DNA of 64,000 nt, taken from the NCBI GenBank assembly GCA_004764695.1, contig SMSO01000025.1:3782001-3846000 (forward strand). The letters are read 5' to 3'. Shown piece by piece: positions 56,790-64,000 of the stretch. A model generated the notes under the pieces. That model was not told the DNA's origin. It worked only from the letters and a program-made list of their open reading frames with translations, and made no database searches. The stretch's first letter is position 1; every line of letters starts with the position of its first letter. Source of the stretch: Schizochytrium sp. TIO01 (taxonomy: Eukaryota > Protista > Bigyra: Labyrinthulomycetes). The position numbers and the translations under genes are program-made.

Positions 56790-59306
56790 ATGCCTGATGG
56801 CGCTATATCACCAGCAGTACTTCAAGTCGATAGTGAGGATAATGTCCAGCCAAACCGTCGTCGTGAATCCTTCGCAACACGATACGACCGCAAGTATGCC
56901 AAGCAGGGCTCTGTACTCTTAGACGAGGGTAAAAAGGCAACGGTTCCTCAGCAGATTGTGATTTTCATCCTTGTGCTAGTCTTTGGTCTCCTCTTCTTGT
57001 ACATTTTCAGTGCTCTCCCGTACTGTTTGGGAGGCTCGTTCTACTCCGCTCTCGACGCTCACTACAACCTCTTTAGCTATATTTTCGGATGCTCAGCTGC
57101 TCTAGCTGTTATTCTGTATGTGTTAGACGTCCGATTCTGGAGTGGTAGGTGGCACTACGTTGGACTTTGTCTTATTGTTATCACTGTGCTCGGCTTTTGT
57201 GTGTCTATGCTTTTTGCCACAGAAGCTTACGTCATTGCACCGATTGCTGTCTTTCTCTTTGGTGCACCTATAGTCTTGCTCAGTCTTAAGGTGACGTTGT
57301 TCAGGAAAATGGATCTTCTGGACCTGCTCAACGTTCTGGGTATCTCCCTATGGTTTGTTTTTGCCGCTTCATCTACACTATGGCTAGTGTGGATTATTGT
57401 AAGCGACCACTGGTGGAACTTAAGTACCAAGGTAGTGTTTTACGAGAAAATGACTTGTAACTCCTCAGGAGTTGACCTTGAGACTCTCACGTCAGACTAC
57501 ATTGCAAACCTTACATCCGATGAGTACAGCGAGATAAATGAAACTCTCGTCACCTGCACGAGTGCGTTCTTGCTCTGGCTCCTACCTCTGGTTCTTGCTC
57601 TTTGGGCCTTCACTTTCGCAGGCATGCTCTATTTTGTTGCACGCGCTGTGCGTACTTCTCGTATTGCTGACTCTGAGACGAAGGCCCTTGACCCTCTGGC
57701 TCAAGCGTTTCTCATGTTTGTCTCACTTGGTCTTCTTGGTATCTATGCTGCTTCAGGGATCGCTGGTGCTCAAATGGCCCTTACCAACATTGTACTCGCC
57801 CTTGGATTTTTGGCCCTCGTTGTTGCTGGTATAGTGGTGGTAGCGGTCTTCGGATGGAGCGACATTCTTGGTGCTCTTGAAGGGACACCACTTGGCAACC
57901 GAATGCTTGCGTTTATCAATTCGGACTGGGTCAAGGCAATGATGCTAATGCTCACCACCCCTCTGATGTTGATCTACTTCTTTTTGAGTATCATCACTCA
58001 AACAAATCGCAAACTTTGGTCATGTACGAAGCCCCTTGAACCAGAACATCGCAAGTACATTATGACAGCCAACGCTACCTCAATGTGGCGTTCTGTCTTA
58101 GCCTGGGAGTGGTCCAGCGTCTTGATAAAGACTCTTTGGATCGGAATTCTCTTCTTTCTTTTTGCCGTTGGTGTTACGCGTATTACCACGCTGTTCTTGT
58201 CCTGGCTCAATGGCGTGCTCTCGAGCGTCTCGCTTTTGATAACTACGTTTATCTTCATTGCTGTCGGTATCGTCATGTTTCTTCTGCCCCCGGTGCCTGG
58301 TGTGCCGGTGTACGTGGCTGGTGGTATTATTCTTGTCTCTAGCGCCACGGATCTGCTCACATTTTGGGGCGGTGTGGCCTACACCATGGGAATTTGCTAC
58401 ATGCTGAAGATGATCGCAATTATTATTCAACAAAAGGTCTTTGGTGAATATATGGCTTCCCGTAGCGTATGGGTGCGTAGCTTCATTGGTGTAAATAGCG
58501 TTGAGATGCGCGCTATTCGTCGCATTCTCCAGGCACCCGGTATGACTTGGCCTAAGGTTTCTGTTCTTTGCGGAGGACCTGACTGGCCAACTTCTGTGAC
58601 CACTGGCATCCTCAGATTAAATCTGGGTTCTATGCTCTTGGGCTCGCAACCAGTCTTCTTTTTAATTGCCCCGTGTGTGTTAGCAGGTGCTATGTTGCTA
58701 CGTTCTAGCGAGGGTGGCATTTGGTCAAGTGTTTCTACAATGACACTGGCGCTCGCAGTCATCACCCAAAGTGCTGCCATGCTTATTGCAGTGCATTTTA
58801 TTGCCAAGGTATCTGTTGAGGATCGCGAGGAGCTTCTTAAGGAGAAGGATGACGAAGAGGTATTGGAACTTGAAATCAAAAGCCGCAATAAGTTGTACCT
58901 TCACCGTACGATTTCTTCATGGAAGCACATTGGATGGTTTAATCGTATCCTGCTTGCATCATCTTCTCTTTGCATGACCGTTTCGTGTTATATGTTTGAG
59001 CTCTTAGGATCAGAGTGCTTTGTTTCCTTTGAAGTCAGTGACTCAATTGAGGATGACCTTGGAGGAAACGCTCTCAATCTTGTGAAACCTCTTGGCTGGT
59101 ATGCGCTCTTGCTGTTTGCCTACTCGACATGCGTTCTCTTTATCTATAACTTCTTTATGAACCAGGTGGTATCATATGCTTTCAAGAGACCGAACCACTG
59201 GGCTCATGCCGAAGCAAAGGAGCGCTTGGAAGCAGACATAGCAGCAGACAAGGTCCGCGCTTCGCCCTCCGAGGAGGGTAAGATTGGTGAACCCATACAA
59301 GCGTGA
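56790..59306 (+). CDS. Large polytopic membrane protein with probable DedA/VTT (SNARE_assoc) domain, 838 aa
   Basis: Roughly 17-19 hydrophobic segments. FLLPPVPGVPVYVAGGIIL and KVSVLCGGPDWPTSVTTGILRL resemble the two re-entrant motifs of DedA-family domains. The family call is by eye. Confidence 0.7.
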   Translation: MPDGAISPAVLQVDSEDNVQPNRRRESFATRYDRKYAKQGSVLLDEGKKATVPQQIVIFILVLVFGLLFLYIFSALPYCLGGSFYSALDAHYNLFSYIFGCSAALAVILYVLDVRFWSGRWHYVGLCLIVITVLGFCVSMLFATEAYVIAPIAVFLFGAPIVLLSLKVTLFRKMDLLDLLNVLGISLWFVFAASSTLWLVWIIVSDHWWNLSTKVVFYEKMTCNSSGVDLETLTSDYIANLTSDEYSEINETLVTCTSAFLLWLLPLVLALWAFTFAGMLYFVARAVRTSRIADSETKALDPLAQAFLMFVSLGLLGIYAASGIAGAQMALTNIVLALGFLALVVAGIVVVAVFGWSDILGALEGTPLGNRMLAFINSDWVKAMMLMLTTPLMLIYFFLSIITQTNRKLWSCTKPLEPEHRKYIMTANATSMWRSVLAWEWSSVLIKTLWIGILFFLFAVGVTRITTLFLSWLNGVLSSVSLLITTFIFIAVGIVMFLLPPVPGVPVYVAGGIILVSSATDLLTFWGGVAYTMGICYMLKMIAIIIQQKVFGEYMASRSVWVRSFIGVNSVEMRAIRRILQAPGMTWPKVSVLCGGPDWPTSVTTGILRLNLGSMLLGSQPVFFLIAPCVLAGAMLLRSSEGGIWSSVSTMTLALAVITQSAAMLIAVHFIAKVSVEDREELLKEKDDEEVLELEIKSRNKLYLHRTISSWKHIGWFNRILLASSSLCMTVSCYMFELLGSECFVSFEVSDSIEDDLGGNALNLVKPLGWYALLLFAYSTCVLFIYNFFMNQVVSYAFKRPNHWAHAEAKERLEADIAADKVRASPSEEGKIGEPIQA

Positions 59307-60170
59307 CTACCTATCCATTCTTTGGAAACGGAGTCTCGAAGACATCGATTGCCGTCCTTGTAGCACCATAATATCCGCACAATCACCTCTTGGTTCACAC
59401 CATACTTAGTTTTCCCATACGAGTTTTTCGAAAAACTGGGAAGAAAAGTTATTTGTTGAAACTTTGTGGGCTAATTAGCTACCCATTTCGCTCATCATAC
59501 GTGCGATGTACTCCATTTCTATTCTTTCGTTTTATAAGTACCCCTATCAACTCCTTTGGCAGTCTTCTTCTCTCAGCTTTCGAGAGCGAACGAGGGCCTC
59601 CGATAACGTAAGCACGAATGGATAGAACCTCCTCACAAACACGCAGCAATACTGCATTTGTCGCATCGTCTCCCCGCACATTTTCGTTACAGGGGAACGA
59701 TCCCTCCTCTAATTTTTAATAAATAACCCTCCAACATATGTGTTCTCTTAGTTTTTATATCCTTCGTCCTCTGTTCCAACTAAACCTCTTTCAGCAAAAA
59801 TCATTTGACCACTACTGTGAATCCCTGCATAGCTATATTTTAACCTGGTCAGGGTTTGTGAGTGACAATCATACAACATTGTTATTCTGAGGTAGGGTAG
59901 TAGGTCTATAAGGTAGCTAAAATGCCTCAATCCAAGACCCCTAGTGACACCCGTTATACACCTTTGGAAAAAAAATAACTGTATGGATAATTAGGGTAAA
60001 ATTAAATTTCTTAGACAAGAGACGCAAACCTAACCATCGAAGCCAAAAGCACCAAACTCACCTCCAAAGCCCAAGCTCTTAGGATCGTCCGCCGCAATAA
60101 TCAAGGATAACGCGGCTTGAGCGCCTTAGGCTCGTGGCGCCTTGTCTCGGCGGCTCGCAGTGCGACTTCC

Positions 60171-63100
60171 ATGGCATTTAACAGCGACGGCAACGATGGT
60201 GGTCGTTGGGGCCTCGACCAGGAGGATTTGGGCGTGGACGGCGGCTTCTTTAAGGGCAGCGACGAGGGCTCTAACTCCGATGACTTTGCCAACGAACTCG
60301 AGATTTCGAGGGACACTGGGGTTGGAGGTCGAAGTTTAGCATCCTTATCCGTAGTTGACGGTGGCTTGGAAGTAGATCTCGGTGAAGCCACGTTGCAGAT
60401 TCACAGCGCTGGCAACATTGATATTAATGTGCGCGAAGGGTCCCCAATGACTAAGAGACTGCCTCATAGCAGTGGGGTTCGACGCGTGAGATCGTCCTCT
60501 GCAAAATATTCCATAGGTTCTACAAACTCTGGGCGATCTGCAAAGGCTGGACCTGGTTCTGCAGCTGGACTTGATGAGTTCTTGCAGCAGCAGGGTTTTG
60601 ACACTTCTGCTATTGAGGGAGACGCCGTTCGCACAGCAGTAAGCTTTGGGGCAGACCTTGGGGACGAGGAGGATCTCGATGAAGACGATGATGGGATTTA
60701 TGGTGATATGCATAATGAGGACGAGGATGATGCAGATGATGAGGACGACCGCGACGAGGAGCTTGAGGATGAGGTCGCAGTGGACTTTGGCAAGTTGTTG
60801 CAAATGGACGAGGATGCTTCTGCGATGGACGGGGACCTGAGTCAAGATGCACATATAGATTCCAGGTCAAGGACTCACCATGCTCATGCTGGAAAGAGTG
60901 TTGATAGTCTCCGTACATCGCTACTTGGGCGGAGTAATGACAGTTTAAACACAAGCCTCGAGGCCCGCCTTAAACGCCTTGAAGTCCTATTGGAGGGTGA
61001 GGCTAATACAAGTCTTGAGGCTAGCCAAGTCAGCATCCAGAACACAGCCGTTAGGGGGCGCACAGCTGTTCAGGGAGGCAAGTCATCGGTACGACAAGAA
61101 GTAGTTGACCTCTCGGAAACAAATGCAAGTCTGGAGGCGAGAATGCAGAGACTGAACAAGCTGCTGCAGAGTACTGAAGGTGAGGATGAAGATGACTCTG
61201 AATTCTTATCGGGAGCTGTACGTGGTGACTTTGATGACTATATCGCCGAAGGAGATGGAGAGCCCAATGACAGTGAAGAGGCCGAAGGAGAAGAAGAGGA
61301 TGCTTTTCAAGTGCATGGGGAAAGCGACCACGTGTATAGAAACGAAGATAATCATGAAGGCGATGCAGAGCAAGACGAAGAAGAGAATCTCGAGTTTTCA
61401 TCATCCACATTCGAGCCAACTGTACCAGGGGAGGTCCAGGGAAACGGCAGGTATAGCCCCAATAGACTGAGAAGCACTCCGGGTGGCAGACGAAGTGAAA
61501 GTGGCCTTGATAGAACCCCAGCATCAACCACTCCCGCAAGAGGAGGTGTGGGGCGCGACGAGTCTATGGGTGCCGAGGAAGGTCTCGGATTTGATGCGTT
61601 GGATCGCCGTATGAGAGATGATGACACCTTTGAGCGGATGAACCGCGCGCTTCAGCAAGCCGGTTTTCATGCGATTCCGATGCGGGGTTCCGGTGGCCTA
61701 GATGCAGATGCTTTATTCTCCGAGGTGCGGGATCTGCTTGCGCAGTACAACAGGCGTGGGGAAATGATTCGAGAGCTCACTATGGAGGAATCTTCGAGTC
61801 GTCGCACAGACGAGGAGGCAGAAAACAGGTTGAAAATTGCTCAGCGAGAGGCATCTCGACTTCAAGAGCGTCTCAAATCTGCCGAGGCAGAGGTCCAGGA
61901 GTATAAAGAACAACTCCAGGCATCTCAGCGCGGAGATGCAGATCAGCTACGAAACCTTCAACGTGAGAATGCTGCCCTGCAGCAAAAATTAACCTTAAGT
62001 GAACACCGCGTGCGCGCAAAGGAGACTGAAATGGAGAGGTTGCTGAAGAAACTTGAGGCCGAGACACGCCATAGCACTGCACAGCGCGAACGAACACGCA
62101 CGTTGTTTCGAGAAGTTGTAAAACGAGACCCTCGCACAAATTCACAAGCAGACCAAAAGCTTTTGGATATTGTCGAAGGTTTTGAGACAAAGCAGCATGA
62201 GATGAATGAAGAACGCGATTTATTGAATGCCGAGATTCGTCGTCTTAACAAAGCCTTGGAGGATCGTGAAAATGAACTAAACGGAAGCCGCGCTTCATCT
62301 CTCGAGGAGATTGAGCGCTCACTTATACGAAAAGCCCGCGATGCAGAACTCGATCAACGTGTCTCCCGCGAAGCCCTTGAAAAGCGAGAGCGCGCAATCA
62401 TTAGCAAACTCAGCAAGCTGGAGGGCCAGCTAGCTGAAGCTCGTCGCGCTGAACAACGTTCACAGGACCACGTTGAGAACCTCAAACTAGAGCTTGCATC
62501 GCGGCCGACGATGCGAGACTGGAAAGCATCACAACACCGAATTGCGAAGCTCGAGTCACAGGTCCAGAGCGCTGTAGAAGCGCTCGAGGAGCAAGAAATT
62601 GCGGAAGCACGCCGCAACAATATCTTCGTGCCCGAGTCCCGTCGTCATGTACATGATGGTGTCACTGGAGGTGGTGGATTTGAGGGACCACGCCATACAT
62701 TCAACAAAGAACACTCAGGCGACCATCTCACTGCCCGTGATCGTGTCGAGCTGATGGCAAAAAGAGCAATGGCAGAGACTGAGAATAACCGCCGAAACGT
62801 GAGCACTGCTGAGTTGATCCGTCGTGATAAGCTCAACCACCGTTTAGGTTTGTCCAAATTGACATCCCTTCCCAAGACTGCTGCTCATGAGATCCTGCAA
62901 GACATTTGCCGCATTTTGGAGCTTTCTGATGTACACATGATTGTTCCAGCTTTGCAGAAAATGTGCTGGGTAGTTCGGGCTATGCCTCGTTTGGAAAAGT
63001 TCACAAAGGATGTGTCAAGCTTTGTGCTTTTGCATGGCGATGAGCTCACTCAGCAGACTACTGATGACATAAGTGGAGGAGTAAACCCCACAAGTACCGC

Positions 63101-63758
63101 TCTGCAAGCGATCCTCCCTCAGTTGAAGCGTTGGGTTAACGATGTGCGGACAGTGTCTGTGTGGCGTAAGTTCCGCGAGGATCTTCTTCACGAGTTGTCT
63201 AGGGCACCGTCCATGGCATTTCCTTCGGGTAACCCAATGCGTAACCGTCAGTCTTGTGATATGACAAATGATCAGATTGTGCAAGCTGTGGGAGACCTTG
63301 TTTCCCTGGAACGCGGAATGATGGATCACCAAGCAGCGTTTCGCGCTGCAGATGAGTATCTGCTGAATAACCCAGATGCATTGATGGCACGAGCTGTTAG
63401 CCATTTTCAACAACTTTTCGAGCTCCGTTCCGTGGAGGGTGTACTTCCGAAAATGAATGAACTATATGTGTATACGAATGAGATGCGCAACTTTATGCAA
63501 GTGGTCCGCCCAACCTTGGGGCTTGGTCCACAAGCCTCTGTGCATGCCTGTTTGGCAAAACTGCAAGAACTCACTATGCCGTCTTCAAGTTCCCAAAGGC
63601 GAGAGGCATCCTCTATGCGAAAAGTCGCAGAAACTGAAGACGATGCTGATGTTAATATGCAAATGAAATTGCAAGATAGGCCGATGCACTCGCGCTTGCG
63701 TCCTGATGAGATTGGCGTACCACAATGGGTGGATACAAGTCAAGACCAAGGAGTTTAA
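60171..63758 (+). CDS. CEP70-like centrosomal/basal-body coiled-coil protein with long acidic N-terminal extension, 1195 aa
   Basis: FERMNRALQQAGF precedes a long coiled coil. The C-terminal VSHFQQLFELRSVEGVLPKMNELYVYTNEMRNFMQVVRPTLGL resembles the conserved CEP70 C-terminus. First ATG at 60171. Confidence 0.72.
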   Translation: MAFNSDGNDGGRWGLDQEDLGVDGGFFKGSDEGSNSDDFANELEISRDTGVGGRSLASLSVVDGGLEVDLGEATLQIHSAGNIDINVREGSPMTKRLPHSSGVRRVRSSSAKYSIGSTNSGRSAKAGPGSAAGLDEFLQQQGFDTSAIEGDAVRTAVSFGADLGDEEDLDEDDDGIYGDMHNEDEDDADDEDDRDEELEDEVAVDFGKLLQMDEDASAMDGDLSQDAHIDSRSRTHHAHAGKSVDSLRTSLLGRSNDSLNTSLEARLKRLEVLLEGEANTSLEASQVSIQNTAVRGRTAVQGGKSSVRQEVVDLSETNASLEARMQRLNKLLQSTEGEDEDDSEFLSGAVRGDFDDYIAEGDGEPNDSEEAEGEEEDAFQVHGESDHVYRNEDNHEGDAEQDEEENLEFSSSTFEPTVPGEVQGNGRYSPNRLRSTPGGRRSESGLDRTPASTTPARGGVGRDESMGAEEGLGFDALDRRMRDDDTFERMNRALQQAGFHAIPMRGSGGLDADALFSEVRDLLAQYNRRGEMIRELTMEESSSRRTDEEAENRLKIAQREASRLQERLKSAEAEVQEYKEQLQASQRGDADQLRNLQRENAALQQKLTLSEHRVRAKETEMERLLKKLEAETRHSTAQRERTRTLFREVVKRDPRTNSQADQKLLDIVEGFETKQHEMNEERDLLNAEIRRLNKALEDRENELNGSRASSLEEIERSLIRKARDAELDQRVSREALEKRERAIISKLSKLEGQLAEARRAEQRSQDHVENLKLELASRPTMRDWKASQHRIAKLESQVQSAVEALEEQEIAEARRNNIFVPESRRHVHDGVTGGGGFEGPRHTFNKEHSGDHLTARDRVELMAKRAMAETENNRRNVSTAELIRRDKLNHRLGLSKLTSLPKTAAHEILQDICRILELSDVHMIVPALQKMCWVVRAMPRLEKFTKDVSSFVLLHGDELTQQTTDDISGGVNPTSTALQAILPQLKRWVNDVRTVSVWRKFREDLLHELSRAPSMAFPSGNPMRNRQSCDMTNDQIVQAVGDLVSLERGMMDHQAAFRAADEYLLNNPDALMARAVSHFQQLFELRSVEGVLPKMNELYVYTNEMRNFMQVVRPTLGLGPQASVHACLAKLQELTMPSSSSQRREASSMRKVAETEDDADVNMQMKLQDRPMHSRLRPDEIGVPQWVDTSQDQGV

Positions 63759-64000
63759 GTGTCAATAAGACAAGTACAATTACCTCATCTCAATTTATGT
63801 TTTGTAGTTATTTCAATAAGTTGATGCTTTCCTGAATGTCACCCTCGTGTTGTTGTGTCTTTATGAAACTTAAGCTGATGCCTTCACGGATGTTGCATTT
63901 TGCAGAGTTTGCAATAATTGAAAAAAATAAAAGAAAAGTAAACTTGATGGCTTCCTCTTTAAGCTATGTCTGGGCTATTTTCAGACCAGAAATTTGATAT

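Noticed and set aside
7441-63758. A centrosome/cell-cycle gene cluster (SLD5, LIN54-like, Sfi1-repeat myosin, CEP70-like)
   Set aside because: The genes are spread over 56 kb among unrelated genes and such functions are common; there is no evidence beyond coincidence.
1-64000. tRNA, rRNA or transposon genes
   Set aside because: No cloverleaf, rRNA-like sequence, transposase or RT motifs, or terminal repeats were recognised by eye; small RNAs cannot be excluded without a covariance-model scan.

Overview
Eukaryotic genomic DNA with long, mostly intronless genes and short GT-AG introns. Gene content and architecture suggest a stramenopile protist, probably a thraustochytrid/labyrinthulomycete (inference). 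After about 7.4 kb without a convincing gene, the window holds 12 protein-coding genes: GINS subunit Sld5 (3 exons); a LIN54/tesmin-type CRC protein; a 2467-aa myosin (motor-IQ-coiled coil-Sfi1-like repeats-ankyrin-FYVE); a PH-ankyrin protein; a eukaryote-type chorismate mutase fused to an internally deleted prephenate dehydratase plus ACT domain; a 1038-aa disordered repeat protein; a 13-kb trimodular NRPS (C*-A-T-C-A-T-C-A-T-R); a TANGO2/NRDE protein; an amino-acid transporter; a mitochondrial DnaJ; a polytopic membrane protein with a probable DedA/VTT domain; and a CEP70-like protein. Three things stand out. (1) The protist NRPS has two A domains with identical specificity codes and a terminal reductase, predicting an X-X-Y tripeptide aldehyde/alcohol, and may be clustered with the mutase fusion, TANGO2 and the transporter. 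(2) The myosin tail has six exactly 33-aa-spaced Sfi1-like putative centrin-binding repeats. (3) The chorismate mutase-pseudoPDT-ACT fusion. All assignments come from motif recognition by eye; no searches were run.
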